A stretch of DNA of 64,000 nt, from assembly GCF_035084215.1 (NCBI RefSeq), contig NW_027139559.1:2418001-2482000 (forward strand), given 5' to 3'. Origin of the DNA: Heptranchias perlo. Taxonomy: Eukaryota. Shown one piece after another: positions 50,768 to 62,739 of this stretch. The notes below the pieces were generated by a model, which was not told the DNA's origin, made no database searches, and saw only the letters and a list, made by a program, of their open reading frames with translations. The position numbers and the translations under genes were made by a program. Within the stretch, counting starts at the first letter, position 1; each line of letters starts with the position of its first letter.

Positions 50768-51116
50768 AAATGGAGAGAAACTATTTACTGTGGTCGATAA
50801 CTAGCGGGTATGAATTTAAATGGAAATAAACTATTTGCCGTGGGCGGTAACTCGTGGGTATAAGTTTAAATGGAGGGAAACTATTTACCATGATCGATAA
50901 CTAATGGGTATAAGTTTAAATGGAGGGAAACTATTTGCCGTGGTCGATAACTAGTGGATATATGTTTAAATGGAGGGAAACTATTTACCGTGCGTTATAA
51001 CTAGTGGGTATAAGTTTAAAGGGAGAAAAACTATTTACCGTGGTTGAAAACTAGTGGGTATAAGTTTAAATGGAGGGCAACTATTTACCGTGGGCTATAA
51101 CTAGTGGGTATAAGTT
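50768..51116. repeat. 50-bp minisatellite (7 units) derived from CR1 3' ORF2 sequence
   Basis: Unit AAATGGAGGGAAACTATTTACCGTGGTCGATAACTAGTGGGTATAAGTTT, embedded in a decayed CR1 3' end. Confidence 0.85.
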
Positions 51117-52185
51117 TCAGATCATCAGCCAATGATGAATGGAGATATTAGGAGATTTATTTTTATTATGGAGATGGTTGTCAGGACACGGAACCTCCAA
51201 CCATAAACAATGCTGTTTGAAGAATCATGGTATCATAGTAGGTTAAGCACAGGGGAAGACATTCTGCCCACTGTGTCTCTGCTGGGTCTTTGAAAGAGCT
51301 ATCCAATTAGTCCCATTCCTCTGCTCTTCCCCGTCGCCCTGGAAATTAGGTTAAAAGGAAGAAGGCAAATATTGAGAAAGAATGTACCGGGAAAGAAGAG
51401 GAGAATCGGACTGCGCACATCCAGCCCTGATTATCGCTCCCTTAAGGTGAATAGATATCAAATCACAGGCCGGGAATCTACAATTTCCCCATGTACTCTC
51501 CCGCCGTGAGCCATGGGCGGGTCCAGCGGAATTTCCACTGCGAAGCGGTTAGCTCTTCCACAGAGCCCGTAGTGGCGCGATGGGCCGAATGAATCCTTCT
51601 GTGCTGCAAAATATTTTAATTCTATCGCTCCTTCACCTAACATTACCAAAACCATTGCTGTCTCTGACCTCTGATGTTACAAACTCGTTGCTGCAATCGT
51701 CCAGAAATCCAAACAATTCCTTCCTTAAGAAACGCCTATTGCAAAATATTTCCCGGTAAAGTGACGACATGAAACTGCTCCATCCCCAGGAAAATTAAAG
51801 CATGTTACTGGTAACAATAATCGATGTACATTTAAAATCTGACTGTCACTACACACCACTGGACAGTATCGATATTTTTCGTAAAATACATTGATCATTA
51901 TTCACTCCGAAATGAACAAGTGATAAGAACATTATTTGAATGCTCGTTCATGACCGGAACTCATTTATCCCAACACGCTCACTGTAATATCAGCACATTC
52001 AAATCCAGCTTCAGTGCATCCATGTGTTTTTAATTTGGCGGTGTCCGTGGCTGCGAGCAACGTGATACTGACTAGATAATCTGTTTTTAGGTGTTGTTTG
52101 AGGAATAAGTATTGGTCAGGACTCTATATAAACGGTTTAATTGTCATTATGGAAGGGAGTAAGTCTTTCGTTGTAATTTTCTCAG

Positions 52186-52503
52186 TACAACTAACTCCAC
52201 CGATCATCAGTCTCCTCTACTCTGCAAGTGACGAACTGACAGCAAAAGGTTTTGTGCAACTGGTTTGCCTCATCAGCGAATATCAGCCAGAAAGCATTGC
52301 AGTGAGTTGGCAGAAGAACGGAAACGCTGTACAATCGGGCTTTACAACAACATCCCCAGTTAAAAATTCGAATGGTGATTTTAGCTCCACGAGTCTCCTT
52401 AAAGTCACCCTGCAGGAATGGAACAGCGGGTCTCTTTACAGCTGCCAAGTATCCCATTCTGCAACCAACAGTAACCAGCGGAAAGACACTAGAAAAACAT
52501 CAG
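52186..52503 (+). CDS. IgNAR: IgNAR C1 exon
   Basis: CTCAG|...|GTGAG, 318 nt, phase 1: VQLTPPIISLLYSASDELTAKGFVQLVCLISEYQPESIAVSWQKNG...YSCQVSHSATNSNQRKDTRKTS. Confidence 0.95.
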
Positions 52504-53254
52504 GTGAGAAAATGTAACCAATTCACAAGCTTGCACAGCTGAAACATGTTGACTTTCTTTCTCAGTATTGGATTAGTTGGGATGTTATTGTGATAATTTA
52601 TCTGTGCCAGTTTATGGTGCAGTGAGACAGTAAAGTTAGTTGGGGATGTTTCAGCAGCAATGGCTGAGGTTCCTGAAGGTGCTCGCTGCCAGGCGGATGT
52701 TGCAAAAGGCATGACTATGAGATCTTGACAAATACGTGAATATTATTCTATGGTCAGCGTAACACATTGATCAAACTCTTTTATGATATTGCAAGAAATT
52801 TACAAATAATTGTGATACATTCTATTTAATTAATTCACCAGATCAATCCAGGTGAAACAGAAAGGAAACAGAGCAGAAATGTATGTTTTACACACAAGGG
52901 ATCCAACTTTAACAATGCGGTTCTGTTACTTTTTACATTTGTGAGAATTTATTGTGTGTGATACTGGATATCAGTACAAAAATGTGTTTAAAAAAATGAA
53001 ACGGGTGAAAGACGGACGGAGAAAGAAACGAGAAAGGCAGAAAGAGAGAGATAGACAGAGAGGTGGTGCTGTATAAAGATTGAACCTACAGATACGGTCA
53101 CAAAACCCGCAACAATAAGCTGTTCTTCCTTTTAAACAAAAATGTTTAAAAGACACGGGTAAGGGCCGGGGAATACGACTAAGTGGATAGCACATTCAGA
53201 GAGCCAGCAGACACGATGAACCGAATGGCCCTCTGAGCTGTGGAATTCATTCAA

Positions 53255-53850
53255 TCTTTCTCTCTTTCTTTGCCTCCCTCTCTCTCTCTCTCTCTCTGTC
53301 ATGATGTGGAGATGCCGGTGATGGACACGGCTGGACAAATGCAAGGACTTGCACAACACCAGGTTATAGTCCACCAGTTTTATTTTAAATCACAAGCTTT
53401 CGGACCTTACCTCCTTCGTCAGGTGACGAAAATAAAACTGTTGGACTTTCACCTGGTGTTGTGCAAGTCCTTACATCTCTCTCTGTCTGTCTCTCTCTCT
53501 GCCTCTCTATCTCTGTCCCTCTCTCTCTGTGTCTGTATCTGTCTCTCGCTCTGCTCTCTCTCTATATCTGTCTCTCTCAATTTGTCTCTCTCTGTCCCTT
53601 TCTCTCTCTCTGTGTCCCCGTTTCTCCGTCTCTATCTGTCTTTCTCTCTGTCCCTATTCCTCTTTCTATATATACATATATATATATATATCTTTCTCTC
53701 TCACCCTGTTTCTCTCCAACTGTTCGCCTTCTCTATCTTATTCTCTCTATCAGTCCATTTCCCTGCCTCTCTCCCTATCTGTCTGTCACACTCTACCTCT
53801 CTATGTCCCTCTCTCTCTGTCTCTTGTTTTTCTCTCTCCCTCTCTTAGCT
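53255..53850. repeat. Degenerate (CT)n/(CTGT)n microsatellite
   Basis: Directly visible; source of the Ser/Leu-rich spurious ORFs. Confidence 0.9.
53301..53476. mobile_element. Second Penelope-like mini-element with a minus-strand hammerhead (53390-53426) and a short inverted arm
   Basis: Same 5' sequence TGTGGAGATGCCGGTGATGGAC as the 45452 element. Minus strand TCAC-CTGACGA-A-GGA...TCC-GAAA-GCTT-GTGA. 53429-53476 is an inverted copy of 53339-53386 (44/48). Confidence 0.75.
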
Positions 53851-54057
53851 TCGTTGAGTTGTATATAGTTTTGATTCGACTCAACATACGCGCAAACACC
53901 AAATTATTTTTTAAGATTCAATAATAATCAGTAAGAGACATGGTCACATCTTGGCGTATAACGGATTATCAATGAAATTAAAATCCTTGTTAAATTTCCT
54001 AAATCATCAACACTAAATCATCGCCCCGATTCTGAATCTCTCGTTTCTCACTGACAG

Positions 54058-54360
54058 AGCTCGCGGTATTTCTCAGAGATCCTTCCGTTGTAGATGTTTG
54101 GATCAATAAAACTGCCACCCTGGTGTGTGAAGTGGTCTCTACGGTTCCCACTGAGGTTACCATCTCTTGGACAGTGGGTGGAAAGATAAAGAATGAAGGA
54201 GTTCAAACTGAACCAGCTAAAAAGGATGGAAACCAATACCTGACCATCAGCCACTTGACCAGCAGCGTGGAAGAGTGGGATAGCGGGGTTGAATACTCAT
54301 GCTCTGCACAAGAGAATCAATCATCTCCTCCGGTATTAAAACGAACCGGAAAGACAAGAG
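54058..54360 (+). CDS. IgNAR: IgNAR C2 exon
   Basis: GACAG|...|GTGGGT, 303 nt: ELAVFLRDPSVVDVWINKTATLVCEVVST...WDSGVEYSCSAQENQSSPPVLKRTGKTR. Confidence 0.95.
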
Positions 54361-54436
54361 GTGGGTAAAATATCTATAGACATGTTTTCGAATGGCAATG
54401 GATGGAAGACTAACACTTGTTGAACTTCCGTTACAG

Positions 54437-54754
54437 TCGAGCCAGTCAAGCCAAAGCTCCGCCTCCTTCCTCCATCACCAGAGGAGAGTCAAAGTAGGAG
54501 CGCCCCGACTCTCACATGCCTGATAACAGGATTCTACCCTGACAACATAATCGTTTCCTGGGAGAAGGACGGAGCTGCTTTAAGCACGAACGTTACCAGT
54601 TTCCCCAGTGCTCTTGAACAGGACCTAACCTTCAGCACAAGGAGCAACCTCATTTTGCCTTCAGAGGAATGGAAGAAAGGATCAAGATACACCTGTACCG
54701 CCTCACATCCCGCTTCACAATCCGACGTGAAGGCGACCATCCGCAATATGGAAG
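54437..54754 (+). CDS. IgNAR: IgNAR C3 exon
   Basis: After a 76-nt intron, TACAG|...|GTACGG, 318 nt: VEPVKPKLRLLPPSPEE...LTCLITGFYPDNIIVSWEKD...ALEQDLTFSTRS...YTCTASHPASQSDVKATIRNME. Confidence 0.95.
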
Positions 54755-57715
54755 GTACGGACCGTTTTTCAAAATACTTTCACACAATAATGATTTTTAC
54801 TTAAATCTTAGGCCAAACCCGAACCACACACGCACTAGCGATCAGATCCCTCTAGGTTACAGATATAACAACATATATGGCTGTCAATTAATGCGCCATT
54901 AATTCACAGGCAGCAATTAGACGATAAAATGATCAGCACTCTGAATGTGTTCGCCGCCACAAGCTATGTGAGGACCCAATAGTAAGAAGGGGCAGGATAA
55001 GGATCTATTTAACCTCACTGCACGGTACCCTGGTGATTGTGGGCTTTCTTTAAACAACAATATGCAGTATCTGAAGACACTAAATCCACTTTTCACCGGG
55101 CAGAGTGTTCCATACTATGTGGGGAGAAGACTTTGAGTGGCGTTTACTTCACTCTGCACTGCCTTGTTTCGGTTTAGCTGGACACTGAGTGGTTGCCAGC
55201 AGCGAAATTCAAGACAAAAAAAACAGCCATTTCACAGGGCACCCAACCAATTGATGTGAGGAACATTGTACATTTCAAGTGTTCAAATCTTCTGAACCGC
55301 CAGCGCTATACGTTAGAGGAGGAGACAAATAACGTGTTAATTGACTGAACCCAATGATGTGACCTTTTGTTTTGATGAGTGTAAACTCCGCTCGTGTGAT
55401 TAGTTTGTTTCAATTCGAATTGTTTTTGTTCAATCAAATTGACGCATTTGCTCAATAACTGGCCCAGCACCACCGTGCTCTGGGTGGGGAAACTTTTAAA
55501 CTTCTCTAGATCTTTGGTTGGATCCCCGATTACTGCTGAGTTCGTTGATCTCACCTGGTGGCGTTCGGGACCTTATAATCAGACTTAGTGTCCCTAGATT
55601 TGTGAAGTGGCAATAGCGCATTGTTCTGCTCCTGGTCTATGGTAAGTGCGTGTATGGTCACTCTGGGAACAACAAGATAGGTGTTGCCTGCGATGCCCTC
55701 ACTGTACAATGGCCTACTGATACTGCATAGGAGGACTCAGGAAGTATAGACCATTGGATGAGGTATCGGAGGGCAACCTATAGTTCTCATACACCAGTGA
55801 GGAAAAGAGGGGATATAATACCAAACACTGTTATTAGACTCAAACTCAGGCTCCTCCGATTGGTAAGCAGCTGTACACTATAATGGCCCTGTACACTAAG
55901 AAAGTCCTGTGTTTCACCTCCCGATCTTCACTGAGTTAACTGATCTCAACTGGTAGATTTTTGGAAGTTCCGGTGGACTACGCACATCGTGGTAACTGTG
56001 CAGACACCCGTTCTTGTTTCTTCCTCCAATTGGGGGAGACCTCGTTGAAGTCGGGGTGTTTGCACCTCTGCTGACGGCAGGATTGGACGGGGCTCTGCTG
56101 CTTTCACCGTAGAGTAGGCTGTTGATATGCAGTCTTTCTGCTGATTCACGAAGAATGGCCACTTGAGAGATACCCAAGGTGACCTTCCTCAGTGAAGCCT
56201 GTACCGGATTAGCAATAAAACACAGTCATTTATTTCCCACCTTTAAGCGCCTCATACCGTTTCACAGAGTTTTAAGGAAAACATAACCAAGTTAAATAAG
56301 GGGAGATTATGAGGTGTGACCAAAATCTTGTTGGGTTTGGAGGAGGGTCTGAAAGTGGGAGCAGGAGGGGGAGAGGCGGAGAGGATTAGGGAGGAAAGTT
56401 CAGCGCGGGACCTGGGACCTAATCAAGGTTTCACCACCTTCCGTATGTATGAGAATAGTCTTGTCCGTTTTGTTATTTCTAGTCCTATTCCCGTATCATT
56501 AGATTTCCACAGAATGTTCAGCGGCCTGAAGTTCACCCAACACCTACACGGTTTATTTCAGCAAATCAGATGAATGTGAGTCAGAGTAAAAGAACATCGT
56601 TACAACGAAAATCGACGCACTTGTTGCTGCTATAAGAACTTCTGAACGTTTTCACTCAATCTTTGGCTCCCTCAGATATCAAGGTTAAGTCCCTGAATTA
56701 TGCCTTTTGGTTGACGCTCAATTCTGACCACTCCAAAAGCAGTCTTTGACAAATGTGAAAATGTCAGTTGACTTTTCCGTGATTTTTAACATGAAGCAGC
56801 AGCGGATCGACGCTACAATGTTGTGGAGAAGTACAAATAATTATCCTCCTGGAAAGCCGGCACCATTAACCTATGGTGCGAAGGCCATTTTCCAGCGGTT
56901 GCCCAATTTATTATTAGGTCTTTGATAATTCGTGCTCTGCACAGACCCAGAAAGTTGATAATTTAATGATGTCTCTTCTGAAAATCGAAGTGCATTTAGG
57001 TGTCTTCTCAAATAGCCCAGTGGCGGCATAAAACCTAACGCGTACTTCCCAGAACAATAGTTTGTACCAATTTCACTCCACTGTCACGGTGATTGTGAGA
57101 CGATCATTAATAATATCCTGTAAAACGTACCTCAGACTTTTCCTCCAGTTCTGCTGCTCCATAATCTGTTACATGATTCTCACTGTTCGGGTTTGTTTCC
57201 AATTTTCCAATGTGGCATCGTACTGCCCTCAGGTGCAAGCTATGCATTAGCAGACTTTTAAACTACCAGGAGGAGACTGGGATGCTTCCTTACTACGTTC
57301 GTTGGGAATCCAGGAAAATATCCCAATTAGTACATAAAAAATTAAAACTAAACCGAGCATGTTGTAAATCGGAAATTAGAATAGAAAGTGCGAGAAAAAC
57401 AGAGCAGGCCCGTCAGAATCTGTAAAGATCGATGGTGTTGTAAGATCCTGACTGAGAACTCAAACCAACTCTCTGGAACTGTCTGACCTCCTAATCCCCA
57501 CGCTATCCTTTCTGTGTAGAGATGCCTCAGAGCTACTGAGTATTTGCAGCATTTTCTGTTGTTATTAACGATATTATCGCGTCTGGTCTGCTCATCCAAT
57601 GTGAATCAAAGGCTTTGACTTCCTTTGTAGCACACACTTTTTTCTCCCCTTAGTATATTACAGATCCCAGGTCACTCTTCCCCGAAACTAAAGTCGACAA
57701 TTGTCTTCATTTTAG

Positions 57716-58815
57716 AAGATTGGCTTGACGACAGAAGACAGAGGGTGGTTGTAGAGGGTTGTTTTTCAAACTGGATGCCTGTGTCCAGTGGTGTGCCTCG
57801 GGGATCGGTGCTGGGTCCGCTGTTATTTGTTATTTATATTAATGATTTGGATGAGAATTTAGGAGGCATGGTTAGTAAGTTTGCAGATGACACCAAGATT
57901 GGTGGCATTGTGGACAGTGAAGAAGGTTATCTAAGATTGCAACGGGATCTTGATAAATTGGGCCAGTGGGCCGATGAATGGTAGATGGAGTTTAATTTAG
58001 ATAAATGTGAGGTGATGCATTTTGTTAGATCGAATCGGGCCAGGACCTACTCCGTTAATGGTAGGGCGTTGGGGAGAGTTATAGAACAAAGAGATCTAGG
58101 AGTACAGATTCATAGCTCCTTGAAAGTGGAGTCACAGGTGGATAGGGTGGTGAAGAAGGCATTCGGCATGCTTGGTTTCATTGGTCAGAACATTGAATGC
58201 AGGAGTTGGGATGTCTTGTTGAAGTTGTACAGGGCATTGGTGAGGCCACACTTGGAGTACTGTGTACAGTTCTGGTCACCCTATTATAGAAAGGATATTA
58301 TTAAACTAGAAAGAGTGCAGAAAAGATTTACTAGGATGCTACCGGGACTTGATGGTTTGACTTACAGGGAGAGGTTAGACAGACTGGGACTTTTTTCCCT
58401 GGAGAGTAGGAGGTTAAGGGGTGATCTTATAGAAGTCTATAAAATAATGAGGGGCATAGATAAGGTCGATAGTCAAAATCTTTTCCCAAAGGTAGGGGAG
58501 TCTTTCACGAGGGGGCATAGATATAAGGTGAGAGGGGAGAGATACAAAAGGGTCCAGAGGGCCAATTTTTTCACTCAAAGGGTGGTGAGTGTCTGGAACG
58601 AGCTGCCAGAGGCAGTAGTAGAGGCGGGTACAATTTTGTCTTTTAAAAAGCATTTGGACAGTTACATGGGTAAGATGGGTACAGAGAGATATGGGCCAAG
58701 TGGAGGCAATTGGGACGAGCTTAGTGGTATAAACTGGGCGACATGGACATGTTGGGCCGAAGGGCCTGTTTCCAAGTTGTAACTTCTATGATTCTATGAT
58801 TCTATGATTCTATGA
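57716..58815 (+). mobile_element. Relatively young 5'-truncated CR1 LINE in the C3-C4 intron
   Basis: ORFs 57745..57984 and 57985..58782 are in the same frame with one TAG; GVP.GSVLGP, SKFADDTKIG, LEYCVQFWSP; (ATTCTATG)n tail. Confidence 0.92.
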
Positions 58816-59296
58816 AGATCTCATTGCTGCAATCACAGCATTTCCTTCAGGTGAAATTTCTGCTGCTTGTTCCTTCCAAATACCTTTGTGTTGTAACTCA
58901 GTTTACTGCTAGAACTTATGGAGATGATTCCCCTTGTTCCAACCAATCATCTGTTTTCTTCTTTCCCTCCTATCATTTCGTTTTATTGCTAAAGGATGGT
59001 CATTTTTGGAAATGAGGATATTGCACAAACCCCTTCAGATAAGAGTGACCTTGTAACACACACTGTGAAATAAACCCCACTCATTTTATGGAAGGATGAT
59101 AATCTAATGTGTTTAAATCAGAGATCACTGTAGACAAGTATATGGTCATATCTGAGAAGCTGGAAGGAGAGAGAATGGAAGTGATTACAATCAGTCCGGT
59201 AACAGGTTTTATAACACTCCCCTCTGGAGCATTGGCATCATTGAGAGAAACGGAGCAATTTTAGTGTAAGGTTAAAAAACAAAGTTATAATATTGG

Positions 59297-59369
59297 ACAC
59301 CCGCACAGTGGACCAAAGTGACGTGCCCATTGCCAATGGGCCCGTCACTTTGGTCCACTGTGGGGGTGT
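59297..59369. repeat. 73-bp near-perfect palindrome/hairpin containing inward-facing CACAGTG heptamers
   Basis: 36-bp arms matching at 34/36 with a 1-nt spacer; CACAGTG at 59304-59310 and CACTGTG at 59356-59362. Confidence 0.85.
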
Positions 59370-60270
59370 TGGAAAGTTCAGAGTTGACATCCCAGTTGAA
59401 TATAATGAAGGCGGCGTTTATAATTTTCAGAGTAATACATTAAGCTTTAAGCGGGAACGCGGTGGGAGGATTCTTTGAGATTGTATCTCATGCATGAAGT
59501 AACGATCTCGACGGTCAGAGTGACTCTTTCACTTTAAAACTGGGGGCATGTTTTCCCACTTTCTGGCAGTATTTCCGTTCCTGCTCTCAAGGTGTAGATA
59601 TCGAGCAAGTGTGGACAAGGTATATCATCGATAGGTCATGGACTTCCTCACTTTACACTCTTCAAACAATGCGTCTTAATGCTCAACCTTCCAAAAGCGC
59701 TCTTTCCTCGGCCTGAGTGGCAGTTTGTATTTCTCGACACTGTCTACCTTCTCGAAGTGAAAGAGCAAAATCGGTGCCAAATGGTGCAGAACATCTGCAG
59801 ATTGGTGCTGAGGGCACGTTTGCTTTCGCCGTCGATTTGATTGGTCGGACCGAGGCAATCTCATTTCAGACCCAAGCTTTAGAGCTGGAAAAGAGAGGAC
59901 TTTTATATGAGGTTTATTGGAACTCACCACATACAGGCCACAGGGCAGCGTTTGACCTCCAGCATCAGTCAGTCTGATTGGTGAAGGTTTGTATCACCAG
60001 AGCGGGCAACATGAGGTCCACATTTAAAACCAGCCAGTTCTCGAATAGTGGAATGGTCGGATATATTGTGGAGCACATCATCCAAAGAAGCCAGAGGGAA
60101 GAAAGCAACGAGCCCAGATGGGCTCTGTCCTATTAGCTCAGCAGAAATAAGCTGAGAAAACTCATAACAGCCGACAGTAAGTATGATTTGTTTTTTTGAG
60201 TCTATTGCAGTAGTTATTACCCGTGGTTTCAACATGACACTTTGAAATGACCATTCCCTCTACTTTCCAG

Positions 60271-60591
60271 GTGTATGTCATGAGACAGATATTTCTGTCA
60301 CCATACTGAACCCTTCTTTTGAAGAGATTTGGACCAAACGAACAGCGACCATTGTTTGTGAAGTCGTTTATAGCGATTTAGAAAACGTCAGCGTGTCCTG
60401 GCAAGTGGATGGGAGTCGGAGAACGGAAGGAGTGGAGACTCAGGCTCCTGAGTGGAATGGAAGTAAATCCACAATCGTTAGTAAACTGAAAGTCAACACG
60501 ACTGAATGGGGCAGTGGGGTTGAATATTTGTGCTTCGTGGAAGACATTGAATTGCCAACACCAGTGAAAATCTCCACCAGAAAAGTAAAGG
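60271..60591 (+). CDS. IgNAR: IgNAR C4 exon
   Basis: TCCAG|...|GTAAGC, 321 nt: GVCHETDISVTILNPSFEEIWTKRTATIVCEVVYSDLENV...EYLCFVEDIELPTPVKISTRKVK. Retains the extra N-terminal Cys used for the interchain bond. Confidence 0.95.
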
Positions 60592-60669
60592 GTAAGCACA
60601 GATAATATTCGTTCTGAGACTGACCCTACTCCATCAATGGTCGTCAAAGATCATTCATTTTCTACATTA

Positions 60670-61370
60670 AGGATAGTGATAGACTTCAAGATGATATCGA
60701 CAGGCTGGTGGAATGGACGGACACATCGCAGATGAAATTCAACGCAGAAAAGTGTGAATTGATACCTTTAGGAAGGAAGAACGAGAAGAGGCAATATAAA
60801 CTAAAGGGTACATTTCTGAAAGGGGAGCAGGAACAGAAAGACCTGGGGGTATATGTGCCTAAACCGTTGAAGGTGGCAGGGCAGGTTGAGAAAGCGATTA
60901 AGAAAGCTTAGGGGAACCTGGGCTTTATAAATAGAGGCAGAGAGTGCAAAAGCAAGGTGGTTATGATGAATCTTTATAAAACAGTGGTTCGATTGCAACT
61001 GGAGTATTGTGACCAGTTCTGGGCACCGCGCTGTTGGGAGGATGTGAATGCCTTGGGGAGAGTGCAGAAGAGTTTTAATGGAATGGTTCCAGGGATGAAG
61101 GACTTCGGTACGTGGTTAGACTGGAGAAGATGGGGCTGTTTTCCTTAGAACAGAGAAGTTTACAAGAACATTTGATCGAGGTATTCAAAATCATGAAGGG
61201 TCGAAACTGTGTAGACAGAGAGAGACTGCTCCCATTGGATGAAGGGTTAAGAAACAGAGGGCATAATTTTGCAGGGATACGGGAATCGGGCAGGGGAGTG
61301 GGGCGAGCTGGATTGCTCTTGCAGAGAAACGGCACGTACTCGACGGGCCGTAACAATTCTATGATATCAT
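60670..61370 (+). mobile_element. Degenerate CR1 3' fragment in the C4-C5 intron
   Basis: QMKFNAEKCE, LQLEYCDQFWAP, GLFSLEQR..LIEVFKIMKG. Confidence 0.85.
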
Positions 61371-61718
61371 GAAATGCTCTTATAATCAGTGAAACATAGT
61401 CCGGGATCCTGCCATTCACCCCACGGGTAAAGAATAGCGAGAAAAATGTAAGCGGTTTGAAACTGTTGCGTCACAACAGTATCATCGTTATCCAAATATG
61501 GGATTGACCCCAACTCTTAGCAAAATAACATCAGGCCACAATGAAAACTCCCAAAAGAAAGAACATTAAAGAAATCCATGGCCCCGCAGAGAAATGTGTA
61601 AACTCTCTCAGATAACAATTCCAATTGTCCAAAGACGCAAATTACCAGCAGACGGGAATGGGAAGTGAAGGACGGACAAGAGACAGACTCAGTTTAACAA
61701 ATATTGTTCTCTTTCCAG

Positions 61719-62101
61719 TTGACGGAATGTATCCTCCGAAAGTCTACGTCCTGCCTCCATCAGCGGTCGAGATTGACACTGAGAAGACGGCAACCCTGCT
61801 GTGTTTAGCAACCGGCTTTTACCCTGCCGAGATTTACGTCGCGTGGATGGCCAATGACACCCTTTTGGATTCAGGTTACACCACCCAACCGGACACGGAG
61901 AAGAAAAGTGGTTCCAGCTCCATTGTCAGCAGACTGAGAGTCACCGCAGCGGAGTGGAACGGCGGGACCACTTACTCCTGTTTAGTGGGACACCCGTCTC
62001 TCACAATGAATTTACACAGAAGTATAAATAAATCTTACGGTAAACCTACTTTAGTTAATGTTTCACTAGTTCTAACCGACAGTTTTCAATCGTGTACATA
62101 A
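61719..62101 (+). CDS. IgNAR: IgNAR C5 exon plus secretory tailpiece
   Basis: TCCAG| VDGMYPPKVYVLPPS...LLCLATGFYPAEIYVAW...YSCLVGHPSL...SINKSY-GKPTLVNVSLVLTDSFQSCT*. NVS sequon and penultimate Cys. Internal donor G|GTAAAC at 62039/62040 for splicing to TM exons. Confidence 0.95.
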
Positions 62102-62386
62102 CCCCCCGTGGTTCAATAGCTGTTTTCTATAGAAGTGTTAGACCTGTTATGTTCGGGCATCTGAGTCAGCCTCCAGATCAGCTAACGATTGTTTAGATAT
62201 TTCGCAAATCTATGAGACTATATCAGTGAATGAAGGATAATTACGGTTATAATCCGATAATGGTGAATAACCTTAATACCGCTTGATACAAGTTGCAATA
62301 TTTTTGAAGATTCTTTGAAGGGTTCAGTGACGTTATTGGATAAACAGGAAATGATGCTTTAGACTGTATGTGGCTCCGCAAATCGC

Positions 62387-62440
62387 AATAAATGCAGAAT
62401 GAAAACCTCCTGACTTCCCGATTCGTTGTTTGTGTGCGTT
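62387..62440 (+). terminator. Poly(A) signal of secretory IgNAR mRNA
   Basis: AATAAA at 62387-62392 followed by a GT-rich element TCGTTGTTTGTGTGCGTTTT (~62421-62441). Confidence 0.7.
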
Positions 62441-62739
62441 TTATCTTGGTGATGATGGTTTAAACCTTGATCCAGAAATCTATGGTGTCCATTGTCTGAT
62501 ATTCCACCTGTGCAACACGTTTCAATTCCCCAATTTTTTACAAACACTCGTGATGCTTTTAATCTGGTTACATTCATTCTCTGGTTTAAATTGACCCATA
62601 AGTTATCGACCTGTGAACGGAATTAATAATGGTCGACTAACATCCGGTCACCCTTTCGAATGACAATTATTGACCAAGGCTGTTGATTGCCTGGTTCGAT
62701 TCTTATCCATCCAGTCGTTGCTTGGGCATCTCCCGCAAT

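Noticed and set aside
53240-53924. Hydrophobic Ser/Leu-rich ORFs that could be taken for IgNAR TM exons
   Set aside because: They derive from the CT microsatellite and lack the conserved Ig TM (CART) motif.
54755-54810. Read-through after C3 as an alternative secretory tail (GTDRFSKYFHTIMIFT*)
   Set aside because: No tailpiece sequon or Cys and no nearby AATAAA; ordinary intron start.
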